From an uncultured virus (IMG/VR IMGVR_UViG_3300002835_000128) (lineage: Duplodnaviria; Heunggongvirae; Uroviricota; Caudoviricetes), in IMG/VR virus record IMGVR_UViG_3300002835_000128: a stretch of 64,000 nucleotides of DNA. One strand, given 5' to 3'. A program made the translations under genes and the position numbers. Positions 19,527-29,666 of the stretch are shown here, in pieces (positions within the stretch are counted from its first letter, which is position 1; every line of letters begins with the position of its first letter). The notes below the pieces were generated by a model. The model had not been told where the DNA came from. It saw only the letters and a program-made list of their open reading frames with translations, and did not search any database.

Positions 19527-22500
19527 TTAACCCGCTGGTAAAGCAATTATACGAAGATCGGAAACTATTGGTACGTCAACAGTTGTTGTGCCCGACATAA
19601 CAATCTTAATTGCAAAGGTTCTAAATGTTGAATATGAAGTCGAACCAGATACGTAATTAACACTGTTATTCGCTGATCCACCAGAGCCTGGAGAGAACAC
19701 TAAATCTCTATAATCATCAGGATTAGAAGATACAAAGTTCTCATTTCCCAATTCAGTCATTAACTGATAGTTCTTGTCATCAAATAAATCTGGATCAGAT
19801 TTAGAAAGAATCTTATAGTAGACAAGTATATTTGATCCTGATGGTTTATAGGCGTTCATATAAACACGAAGGTCTCCAGAATCAAAACCATCCGCTAATG
19901 TTACTTGTCTTGTCATGTAGCGAACATCAGAATTGCCACCAGATTTCTTATCTTCACCGTTATAAGTTACAGATGCGCCAGAACCACCACCAGAGCCTGG
20001 AGTTATGGTAATTATTGGTGAAGTTGTATATCCTGATCCACCGTCAATGATGTAAACGGCATCAATTGTATTAGCTACAACATTAGCGACCGCAGTAGCA
20101 CCTGACCCTCCGCCTCCAGAAATTGTAACAGTAACATCTGAAGAGTTTGCATATCCTGAACCGGAAGAAGCGACTACAACATCGGCGTTTCTTAGAGGTA
20201 GGTTATTAATTATGTTACCAATTGCTACCACAGAAACACGATCAATGTCAATTGCCGGACTAATTGCTGATGAGAGGGTGGTCAGAGAAGCACGGATTTT
20301 AAATGAAGATGGAGAAGAAGTTATTACTCTTCTACCAAAACCATCAGTCATCTCATAGTTTTCAACCGGATCAAACACTTTATATCCAGCTGAAGCTCCT
20401 GTTCCGTCTACTGTCGAATTAAATTCATAAACAATCGATGTATTTCCTATTACAAATTCTCCAATAATTGGGCGAATCAAATCGAAAGGAACATTTGCCG
20501 ATGGAGGAATTAAGTTAAATTGTGCTACGCCAGTTGTTGTGGAGAACGTATTTCTGATAACTCTAAACATCATGTCGAAGGTCTGTTCTGCTGTCCAGGT
20601 ATAAGCATTTTGTGACTTGAAGAAAGAGCCAATATATGGTTGTTCTGATATCAATCGGCCTGTTACCAAGTCGAAAGCGCCAGTTTCAGCATAATATGTG
20701 AAATACTTATTCGAGTTTGCTAGAAGAACAAAGCTATACTCGTTTGGTTCTAGATAAACTGGTTGGTCAAAAATAAAATCAGTATACTTCGTAGGATTAT
20801 CAAGGTCTGGAGAAGTAGTTATATTAACTCTATCTGGTGTCAATGTAACATCAGCATAAACCGTTGAGCTAGATGGATAACCATTTACCGTAGGACGAAG
20901 TTGTAAGGTCACAGGAACAGTATCATCTTTCGATCTAAAACAAACTCGAATCCTATCGATGAATATTCCATCAGGATACAATTGACCGTCAACAAAGAAA
21001 GTCTGAGCAATTGGATCTATAGGGGGTGGAGCCACACTTGTTATAGCTGTTGTTGATCTTGAAGAGCTTCTTGATGTTGTAATTGTTCTTTCTTCTGTTA
21101 CCTCAGTTCTTTCCACTCTTGGAACCACAGTAGAAAGAATTTCTTCTTGAACGGTTTGTAGAGTTCCTTGTGCAAAGAATCTGGTATCACCGTTTGATAA
21201 CGATGTGAAGGTATCATTTGTATTATTATCAATCAGTCTAAAGCGTTTTTCACCTGTTCTGAAAGTAGATGTTGGGACATAGAATGTACCAGCAATTGAC
21301 CCTGCCTCATCACTAACAAGTCTACCAATAGAGTATATCGAGTTAGCAGAAATTGGTGTTGTTGTCCATGTTCCACTAATAGTTACATTTCTAGTTACCG
21401 GATCATAAGACTGTATTGTAGCTGATTGACCGGCACCTTCTCCAGAAACAATGAATATAACCGATGCATTGTAATCAGTAATATTATTAGCGAACCCTGC
21501 ATCTGGCGCTAAAGTAATTGTGCTAGAATCAGCACCCGATACAAAACCAGAGTAATGTTCATACGAAGTTATTGTTGCAACAGTGCCTGTATTAGAACCA
21601 ACAACAGAGCTTCTATTCTGACGGAATCCAGTCGTAGCATTTACATCGGTAACAAAAGCTCTCGTATTCGATGTTTTAATAATATTAAAGGATCCATTTG
21701 TCGTTAAGGTAACATTATCTGTTACATTAGCACTTTCAAAATCACCGATTGTAGTTTTGAATAATAGGTTGTTATTAGCAAAAACAAACTTATTAGCTCT
21801 TGCAGTATAGTTTTCTACAGCGATGCCATCAAAGAATGAATACAGTGTTGTGTTCGGTGCAAAACTTGAGCCAACAAAAATAACTGTTTTCGCTCTCATG
21901 AAAGGAATAATTGATAGATCAAGAATTCTATCACCAAGAGATTGGAGAACTGTATCACCAACCAATCTTGTTACCACACCAGTTCTTACCTGTCCTTCAG
22001 TTGTAGTTCTTCTTCTTCTTCTACGTCTTGTGGTAAAGGTCGTTATAGGTGAAACACTAAATGATTGTACACTTTGTGTTGATGTTGTTGTTCTCGATCT
22101 AGAACTTGTTGTTGACCAAACAGTCTCCCAAGCTCCCCATTCGAATTCCCAAGGAGTATTATTAATCTGTTCCCAAACATCATTATTGTTTTCATTGTTT
22201 ATAATGACAGAAGGATTTCTAAGAGTGTCTACCCAAACATCACTTGTAGGAGAAAGTTCAACTTTACCCAAATAGCTTACTACATTAAATGGGTTAATGT
22301 TTACAGTTCCCGATGTTCTTGGTTGATCGATGAAAGTAGCTAAAGATGTTGTTGTGGTTACAAAGAAACCGTTTTGTGAAATGCCCGAAGAATTAGCAGC
22401 ATCAAACTCAAGAGAGTATGAAGCAATATTAAAAGAGGGTCTTAACTCATTTTCGATTCTATCAATCGATGCTTTATAATCTAATTTAAAAACATCTGCT

Positions 22501-25500
22501 ACCGAATGACCAACAAAAGAGTCCACTAAAATTCCGTTTTTAGCTCTAGGAACATTCTGAGAATCTAGAATTGTTAAATCTTGTTGATTTAATGCTTGTA
22601 GTTCAGAAAATGTTAATGAAGTGTAATACTCTAAACTTTCGACACGTTTTTCAATTGTGCCGATATCTCTCATACGATAACGCTTGTGGCTTTCTGTTTG
22701 AGTCGAAACATTTGAAACATTTAAAACATATGCAGGACTCTCTAATGTAAACAGAGTCATAGCACCATCTTTGTCTTTAGGTATTTGTGGTGTTAAAGAT
22801 GGAACACCAGTTACCAGTTCAAATGTTCTATTTTTATTTAATACGATCTTATCATTTCTTGGTAAATAATAAGAGTAGTCTAAAATTATATCCGATCCGT
22901 TTTCGGGAATTTTAGGACCAGTAGTAGATGAATCAACATCAAAGACAACTGAATTTGCTGTTGCCGCTGTAGCTGCACTTCTTACTGGTCTAAAGTCAAA
23001 AACATCCCTCAATTCATACTTAATACCCGATGAAGATGTGTATGAAGGTATCGAAGAATAATTGTAACCGTTATAAGAATCTACAGTGAAATAACCGGCA
23101 CCCGAAGAATCGAACTTATTTACTTTGACTGCAAGAGGACCTTTTGGAGCAACAACACCAGATTTTAGCTTAATCGAAGCATGGTCATAATAAGAGTCTC
23201 TTTGTCCATTGTCTAAAGTGTACTTAGAAGTTACATCAATAGCCGATGAAGCATTTGAAACAGAAATTTGATTTCCGTTAAAATCTAAAACGGAAATCAA
23301 ACTAACAACATCAGGCATATAAAGAGATTGTGCTGTCGATGGAGTTTTAACAACAGAGTTTGCAGAAATGTGTACTTGACCATTAGCAGCGAACAACTGA
23401 ACAGATCCATTTCCAAAAAGATTAACGCCACCAGAAACTAATATTTGGTTGTTTCCAGCATTGTATGTTTTAGTTTTCTGTGTTGGAGTTCCAGCGTCAA
23501 TCGTAGCGATAATATTTGCTGTCATATTATTACCGTTTGTAACGGTAATTTTTCTAGTAGAGGTATCTACTGTGAACAGATCAGCCGGAATAATCTGTCC
23601 GACTTTATAAGGTGATGTTCCTGCAGCGGTAACAACAACCATATAATTATCTTGTCTCGAAGATGTTGATGATCCCGATGCTAAGGTTTCACCTGTTCCT
23701 ACAGATAGTGCTGGAGATTGGCTTGTAGCAAATGTTTGAGATTCATACAGTCTACGATGCGACATGGTAACATCAGCAATCGTGCTGTTTGCAATGAAAT
23801 TTTCACCAATTCTAAACAGTAGCGGTTCTAATGTCGTATCAGAGATGAAAGTATCCCCGTAAGGTGAAGCATAATCCTTAGAACGGTCATCTATGTCTGC
23901 CGCAGCAACTCTAGTTGTTCCGTTAATGACAGCTAAAGACTTAACATCATTAAATTCGAAATCAATTGACCATGCCGACGAATTATCGAGTGTTGCTGTG
24001 AAAGGCTCGGATAGTTCTACAGTTTGATTTAGCCAGTTATAATTAGTAATTGTTTTTGGTAATTCGCCGGTTCCTGGTCCAGAAGTAATTCTAAATTTAG
24101 CACCAACATAAGCATTATTAGAAGAAGCGGCATAACTGCTCGAAATTAAAGTGTTTGCAATCTGAACAGTTGAAATATTAATTGCCGAATTAACTGTTCC
24201 TGTTAATGATCCAACGTCAACATCAAATAAGAATAGTTTGTATTCATATGTTGAAGAGTTTGAAGTATTTGCAGCCGAATCAAAAGCTATGGACTTGACT
24301 CTCGCTGTTCCAACTTTAGTATTAGAAACTGTTGCGGTCGTCGATACATTAATTAAAGAGTTTGACACACAATGTAAATCTACAGTTGCCAAACTATTAA
24401 TTGGGAAAGTGCCATACAAAGTATTGGCATAAACATAGTAACCGTAATCTGTAGTGATTCTTTTGTTTGTTACCGCTGTTGTCGTTCTAGGTTTTGGAAC
24501 TATTAATCTTGTTGGTGAAATTGTTTCAAACTCATAACCATAAACGTAGGCTTTTCCTGGTGAGATAACAGCAACCATATTTGCAGAGTTTGCTGTAGAT
24601 TCTTCAACAACCATTCTAAATGGTTTTACTGTATAATTTCCAGATTCGTCATATGTTCTACGAGCTAAAGTATCTTCAATAACTGAATATTGAGGATATC
24701 TTGCTAACGTAATTACTTCACCATTTTCTATTCTAGAGATTTCTATAAACTTAGTATCATCAGTAGATGATAATGATCTTGTTGATAGAACTAAATCAAT
24801 TTTAAAACGATCTGATCCCGGAGCTTGATAATTGGATGCATCTAAAGCTGGATCTAAGAGTGATGTATCTGAAGAGGATGAAACGATGGTTTCTGTAATT
24901 TCAAAACCAACTCTTACATTACTTGCTGTTGTATATTTTGATGTGGCTATAGTTTGTGCCGACGATTTGACAAAAAAGCCATCATAGAAATATACACCAT
25001 CATCTATGGAAAATGTTTGTCCGGTGCCGGTTCCTCCAGCAGCAATTGTAGCAGAAACGGTATCTTGAGCGGATTCAAAAGTTTTAATTATTTCACCAGC
25101 ATTAAAAGTTCCATAAATTTCTTTAACAAGTAAAGTTTTTGGATCTCCGGTGCCAGCATCCGCATCATAGACTTTAATAACTTCAGCTCTTTTTGTTGGA
25201 ATAGAAATATTATCGACAATTGTTTTACCAACAAAATCGTTAATGTCTACAGCAACACCACCAAAAGAAGTTTCTAGTTTTAAGAACTTAACATTTTGGA
25301 AAAAGGACTGGCCGCCAGTAACAACTGAACCGTTTTGAAAAATATGATTACCAAATCTTTCAACTTGTTTCTGTAAAATCGTTTGTATCTGGGTTAGTTC
25401 ACGAGCCTGAACGGCATAACCTGGCTTAAATAGTAAACGAAGATACTTTTTATCTTCATCAAAATCATCATAGTAAGGATTTACGTTAAAATTTGTGTCA

Positions 25501-25508
25501 AGTGCCAT
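19527..25508 (-). CDS. Large virion structural protein (DUF4815/VrlC-like)
   Basis: NVNPYYDDFD...LFKPGYAVQARELTQIQ start; RRTYDESGNY, LEYYTSL, NGILVDSF and DPIAQTF motifs. Confidence 0.8.
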   Translation of the reverse strand: MALDTNFNVNPYYDDFDEDKKYLRLLFKPGYAVQARELTQIQTILQKQVERFGNHIFQNGSVVTGGQSFFQNVKFLKLETSFGGVAVDINDFVGKTIVDNISIPTKRAEVIKVYDADAGTGDPKTLLVKEIYGTFNAGEIIKTFESAQDTVSATIAAGGTGTGQTFSIDDGVYFYDGFFVKSSAQTIATSKYTTASNVRVGFEITETIVSSSSDTSLLDPALDASNYQAPGSDRFKIDLVLSTRSLSSTDDTKFIEISRIENGEVITLARYPQYSVIEDTLARRTYDESGNYTVKPFRMVVEESTANSANMVAVISPGKAYVYGYEFETISPTRLIVPKPRTTTAVTNKRITTDYGYYVYANTLYGTFPINSLATVDLHCVSNSLINVSTTATVSNTKVGTARVKSIAFDSAANTSNSSTYEYKLFLFDVDVGSLTGTVNSAINISTVQIANTLISSSYAASSNNAYVGAKFRITSGPGTGELPKTITNYNWLNQTVELSEPFTATLDNSSAWSIDFEFNDVKSLAVINGTTRVAAADIDDRSKDYASPYGDTFISDTTLEPLLFRIGENFIANSTIADVTMSHRRLYESQTFATSQSPALSVGTGETLASGSSTSSRQDNYMVVVTAAGTSPYKVGQIIPADLFTVDTSTRKITVTNGNNMTANIIATIDAGTPTQKTKTYNAGNNQILVSGGVNLFGNGSVQLFAANGQVHISANSVVKTPSTAQSLYMPDVVSLISVLDFNGNQISVSNASSAIDVTSKYTLDNGQRDSYYDHASIKLKSGVVAPKGPLAVKVNKFDSSGAGYFTVDSYNGYNYSSIPSYTSSSGIKYELRDVFDFRPVRSAATAATANSVVFDVDSSTTGPKIPENGSDIILDYSYYLPRNDKIVLNKNRTFELVTGVPSLTPQIPKDKDGAMTLFTLESPAYVLNVSNVSTQTESHKRYRMRDIGTIEKRVESLEYYTSLTFSELQALNQQDLTILDSQNVPRAKNGILVDSFVGHSVADVFKLDYKASIDRIENELRPSFNIASYSLEFDAANSSGISQNGFFVTTTTSLATFIDQPRTSGTVNINPFNVVSYLGKVELSPTSDVWVDTLRNPSVIINNENNNDVWEQINNTPWEFEWGAWETVWSTTSSRSRTTTSTQSVQSFSVSPITTFTTRRRRRRRTTTEGQVRTGVVTRLVGDTVLQSLGDRILDLSIIPFMRAKTVIFVGSSFAPNTTLYSFFDGIAVENYTARANKFVFANNNLLFKTTIGDFESANVTDNVTLTTNGSFNIIKTSNTRAFVTDVNATTGFRQNRSSVVGSNTGTVATITSYEHYSGFVSGADSSTITLAPDAGFANNITDYNASVIFIVSGEGAGQSATIQSYDPVTRNVTISGTWTTTPISANSIYSIGRLVSDEAGSIAGTFYVPTSTFRTGEKRFRLIDNNTNDTFTSLSNGDTRFFAQGTLQTVQEEILSTVVPRVERTEVTEERTITTSRSSSRSTTAITSVAPPPIDPIAQTFFVDGQLYPDGIFIDRIRVCFRSKDDTVPVTLQLRPTVNGYPSSSTVYADVTLTPDRVNITTSPDLDNPTKYTDFIFDQPVYLEPNEYSFVLLANSNKYFTYYAETGAFDLVTGRLISEQPYIGSFFKSQNAYTWTAEQTFDMMFRVIRNTFSTTTGVAQFNLIPPSANVPFDLIRPIIGEFVIGNTSIVYEFNSTVDGTGASAGYKVFDPVENYEMTDGFGRRVITSSPSSFKIRASLTTLSSAISPAIDIDRVSVVAIGNIINNLPLRNADVVVASSGSGYANSSDVTVTISGGGGSGATAVANVVANTIDAVYIIDGGSGYTTSPIITITPGSGGGSGASVTYNGEDKKSGGNSDVRYMTRQVTLADGFDSGDLRVYMNAYKPSGSNILVYYKILSKSDPDLFDDKNYQLMTELGNENFVSSNPDDYRDLVFSPGSGGSANNSVNYVSGSTSYSTFRTFAIKIVMSGTTTVDVPIVSDLRIIALPAG

Positions 25509-25517
25509 GCACAGTCC

Positions 25518-27119
25518 TTAGAAGCTTATAATTAATCTAATATTTTCAGCTTGACCGTCTGCTCGGTCAACTTTTGTTGTGTTTTCTACGTACAATATAT
25601 CACCACTATATGGCTCAAACTCTGGGTTTGCAACTCCAGTAACAGTTCTAGAGCGACCAGAAGTTAATCCAATTAAAGGCAAACCTGTTGTAAACGTGCC
25701 TTTTGCTTTACTTATTCTTACTTTATTACTAGTTTGAGCGTGAACAAAACCATATGCTGTGGGGTTATCTAATGAGCTTTGATAAACATATTCATTCAAG
25801 GCATAAGGAAAACCAGCCACCACATCCAAATCTGTTGTTTGAGAAATCACAGAATTAGCCGTGGATGTATTTGCTACATTTGATGATCCATATTTATACG
25901 GGCTTCTTAGAAGTCCATACTGCCTAAATGAGGTGTCAATAGATATTTTTCCACCCTCGGTCGAGTCTATTTCTCCAATTCTCACCGAAACCATAACATT
26001 GTTGGCTCCAAGTTCTTTGGCTGGATTGAAACCGTGGCCAAATTTTGGAGGTAAAATAACTCTGGCATTAGCTCCAGAACCAGAGCCAAAGATGAAAGCG
26101 TTCGCTCTTGTATATCCTGTTCCAATCGTATCTACTGTAACTTTGGAGATATTTGCTAAAGATGAATCAACACCAACTAAAGTGTTTGATATTGTGGCGT
26201 TAGCTGCAACTCCAATACCATCTCCCGCTATATAAACTCTAGTTGCAATCGTAATGTTATTGGCGTTTCCACCAGAACCCGTTGTCGCTTCAGATAAAGT
26301 AATTACACCAGTTACGTTAGATATTGAACTTATGTAAACATCAGCCGAAATCCCTGTTCCAGATATTGACATATTAGCTAAATTAGCTAAACTTGGAATA
26401 TTAAAAATAGATAAAACATTAGCGGTGTTTGATAGTCGGATTGTAGACTGGGAAGAATTGAAACCGTCCACCCGAATAGTTGAAGATTGACGATAGTTTT
26501 GTCCTTTACTTGTTACAACGATACTGGTCAATTCTCCATCGACAATTCCAGTTGAATTTATCCCATAGTCCAGTGCAGCAGATGAAACTGGAGTTGGCAT
26601 CCATGAAGAGTTTAAAAACTTGTTAGATGGTTTAACATTGAAAAGATATTTCCAAACATAACCGTCGGCTGTACCAATATTACCGTTCGAAGTCGTGTAG
26701 TCACCTGTTGGTTCTACTGTAGAATTTGCAGAGGCATTATTCGATACACACAGATAAACATTTCTATCTGTAGTGATAATGTACATGGGTTTCAAATTCT
26801 GAGTCGAATTGGCAGACAACAGAGTTTCTATGCCAATTGTGTCATCATATTGGCGATATTTTGTGTTTGAGGTCCAATTAACTCTAGGAACAACCAGATG
26901 CACATCATTTCCGGTTACTCTTTTTGCAGCAAAAACATTGTCCCATATTTCTTTTTCTGAATAACTTGTATCAACAATTGAATCTGGAGATGATTCATTG
27001 GCATAAGGAACATGGTTTCCTAAAAACACATACGCTATTGTAGGATCGTTTTCGGAGAAAGATTCTTTAAACTGTTCAGCTGTATTGAAAGCCAGTTTTT
27101 TAGTGATTAACTTTGTCAT
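25518..27119 (-). CDS. gp8: Baseplate wedge subunit gp8-like
   Basis: VVPRVNW...VYLCVSN...S..EP...DGYVWKYLF; ends SGDILYVEN...R...Q.E.I.LII.F. Confidence 0.8.
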   Translation of the reverse strand: MTKLITKKLAFNTAEQFKESFSENDPTIAYVFLGNHVPYANESSPDSIVDTSYSEKEIWDNVFAAKRVTGNDVHLVVPRVNWTSNTKYRQYDDTIGIETLLSANSTQNLKPMYIITTDRNVYLCVSNNASANSTVEPTGDYTTSNGNIGTADGYVWKYLFNVKPSNKFLNSSWMPTPVSSAALDYGINSTGIVDGELTSIVVTSKGQNYRQSSTIRVDGFNSSQSTIRLSNTANVLSIFNIPSLANLANMSISGTGISADVYISSISNVTGVITLSEATTGSGGNANNITIATRVYIAGDGIGVAANATISNTLVGVDSSLANISKVTVDTIGTGYTRANAFIFGSGSGANARVILPPKFGHGFNPAKELGANNVMVSVRIGEIDSTEGGKISIDTSFRQYGLLRSPYKYGSSNVANTSTANSVISQTTDLDVVAGFPYALNEYVYQSSLDNPTAYGFVHAQTSNKVRISKAKGTFTTGLPLIGLTSGRSRTVTGVANPEFEPYSGDILYVENTTKVDRADGQAENIRLIISF

Positions 27120-27128
27120 AAGTCTTAT

Positions 27129-29666
27129 TTATGTCACTATAATAAGTGTTTGTGCAGAAGCATTTGTGGTAAATGCTGAAGATACTGAAATATTTGTATT
27201 GCTAATTATATTATTAACTATTCTTAATTCTCCGTTCACAGCAATACTTGTACCAATCGTTAGTGTTCCACGTGAATTGGAAATATTGAACGAAGTGTTT
27301 GTACCTGTAACAAATATGGATCCATTTGTAACAGACACTTTACCAGAAACTACATTTTCAGTTATAGAAGATACAGTTACAACATCAGACTGCACTATTG
27401 TTGTTTTATTGTAATCGGCGTAATTTACAAAGCCTGCTGGATGCAGAAGTTCACGGAGTATTGTTTTGTACTTCGTGAATTCGGTCAATGAAGATGTTAC
27501 ATAAGAATAGTCAACATAATAATTTCCACCTTGCAATCTTCTTTCATTGCTTGAGATGATAGAATCGGATGTTGTCCATCTGCCTGGGAAAGTTTGATAC
27601 GAAGAACCTATAACGGCATTTGCAACAGCTGATCCATCTCCACTATTAGTTAAATCGATTTGCGGAATATATTCGTAACTTGTTCCACCAGTCAAAACTC
27701 TAATCGACTGTATTTGACCAACAATCGAATCTGTTAAGGCTGTCAGTATTTCTCCGTCACCCATTAGAGAGGTAATAGCAATATTGGCTCCAGAACCTCC
27801 ACTTACGTTTGAAACACTAACTGTTGGGAAAATTCCTTGAGTGTAATTTACTCCACCCACAAACCCTCTAGAGTAAGAACCTATTGGATAATTATTTGCC
27901 CAAGTTGTAGTATCACTAAAATTAAATGGGACATTAACTGTAGCAGTAGTTGATGAAGTTATAGCATTAATAAATCGTTCTTGACTTCGAATAACAATTT
28001 TATCACCAACAACAACATCAACACCAAAGTCTGTATTTGTTCCCGTAATGGTAATGGAGTTATTTAATATGTTGGCTGTTCCACCAATTCTTTGTGGTTG
28101 TATTTGAACCTTCTCTACAGCACCATTTGCTGCAACTTGTAAGACCGCTGCAGCAGCTCCATATCCACTAGTTCCAGGCGGATTGGTGCCAAATATAATT
28201 TCATCACCGACTTTATATCCTGTTCCGCCAGCGTAAACGTCGATTCTTCCAACAGAACGGAATGTTTTTATATCTTGGAATGTGTTTCCTAATTGGAACT
28301 TAGCACCTTCAGAATCTATCGATGAGGTGTTTATTGATGTATTTGAGAATAATATTTTAGCATTTGTTATTGGGCCGAGATCAGTAACCACAGTTGAAGT
28401 TAAACTGTCGTATATTCTGGAATTAACATTTTCTCCAGTTGGTATAATAGAAGATGGAAATCCATAGTCTGAAGAAGAAATTAAAATGCTAGCGTAGTTT
28501 TCGATTAATTCATCGGTAACAACATAAAAATTATTTGTATAAACTCCCGAAGTGTCTATTCCATCAAGAGCGCCACGAATAAGTGTCAATGGTATTTCAC
28601 TCTCAAATTCACTAGCAACTTTAAATCCAGCACCACCATAATCAACTCTTATTCTATTTGTAAATCCAGAAGAAATTCTTTCAACTTCAGCAGTAGCAGG
28701 AGTCTCAGCACCACCTCCAAGAACTAAAACTGGATCACCAACATTATAATTTGATCCACCATTAGTAACAACAATCGAAGTTAAAATAGAAAAAGTATCT
28801 GCTGTTAAATCGATCTTCAGTCCGTTTGAATCGATAATATCAACCGAAATTTCTTCACCATTAGAAAAATTGCCACTTAAAGTTTTTGAATTAATAAACA
28901 ATTCAAAAGGCAATCCAAGGTTTAATCTATCAGTAATAATTTTTTTAGTAGAGCTTTCTACAATCGCTGTAGCACCAGATTTTAGACCAGTAACTTTTCT
29001 ATTATTAAATAGTTCAATATCAAAATCTGAATAAACAACTTTAACTTGAGAATTCGAAGATGGAGCTGTGTTGAATATTAGTTTTCTAGATTCTTTACGA
29101 ATAAGGTAATCTGTTCCTACAGTTTTTAAAACTCCATCAATATAAACTTCAACTTCATCATTATCTACTTGTTGTGCCAAATAAAATGTTGTGTTTGAGC
29201 CGTTCGCTGTATAAACGCTTCGTACATCAGTTTCCAACTTTAAGATATTGTCAATTACCCATTTACCGTCGGAAGCACGGAGAACATTGTTTTTAGGTAA
29301 AAGAACTTCAACCTCATCATTAAACAAAAGTCTAAAGAGGAGTTTAAAAGACTTCTCATTGCCTCTTGCTAAGTACAAAGGTAAAACATTTTTAATTAAA
29401 ACTTCTTTGCTTACTTCAACATCTCTTGGGAAAAGAGAAGCATACATGTTAAAGAAACTCTCTTCAAAAGAAGATATTGAAGAATCTACATCAGAAACAT
29501 ATCTTAATTCTTTAGCCTTTACCGTCAGATCATTTTTATCTGTACCTTGAGCATTTTCCAAATATTCGTAGTAAGCTTCCAAAAAGGTAACGAATAGTGG
29601 ATATTCAGTCCTTACAAATTCAGGAACTTGTTTATTTACAAGTAAAGATGTTTTTAAATCAGTCAT
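27129..29666 (-). CDS. gp7: Baseplate wedge subunit gp7-like
   Basis: QVPEFV...FLEAYYEYLE...Y.ARG.E.S...LFR; LQ...YY..YSY...LLHPAG; lies between gp6 and gp8. Confidence 0.7.
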   Translation of the reverse strand: MTDLKTSLLVNKQVPEFVRTEYPLFVTFLEAYYEYLENAQGTDKNDLTVKAKELRYVSDVDSSISSFEESFFNMYASLFPRDVEVSKEVLIKNVLPLYLARGNEKSFKLLFRLLFNDEVEVLLPKNNVLRASDGKWVIDNILKLETDVRSVYTANGSNTTFYLAQQVDNDEVEVYIDGVLKTVGTDYLIRKESRKLIFNTAPSSNSQVKVVYSDFDIELFNNRKVTGLKSGATAIVESSTKKIITDRLNLGLPFELFINSKTLSGNFSNGEEISVDIIDSNGLKIDLTADTFSILTSIVVTNGGSNYNVGDPVLVLGGGAETPATAEVERISSGFTNRIRVDYGGAGFKVASEFESEIPLTLIRGALDGIDTSGVYTNNFYVVTDELIENYASILISSSDYGFPSSIIPTGENVNSRIYDSLTSTVVTDLGPITNAKILFSNTSINTSSIDSEGAKFQLGNTFQDIKTFRSVGRIDVYAGGTGYKVGDEIIFGTNPPGTSGYGAAAAVLQVAANGAVEKVQIQPQRIGGTANILNNSITITGTNTDFGVDVVVGDKIVIRSQERFINAITSSTTATVNVPFNFSDTTTWANNYPIGSYSRGFVGGVNYTQGIFPTVSVSNVSGGSGANIAITSLMGDGEILTALTDSIVGQIQSIRVLTGGTSYEYIPQIDLTNSGDGSAVANAVIGSSYQTFPGRWTTSDSIISSNERRLQGGNYYVDYSYVTSSLTEFTKYKTILRELLHPAGFVNYADYNKTTIVQSDVVTVSSITENVVSGKVSVTNGSIFVTGTNTSFNISNSRGTLTIGTSIAVNGELRIVNNIISNTNISVSSAFTTNASAQTLIIVT

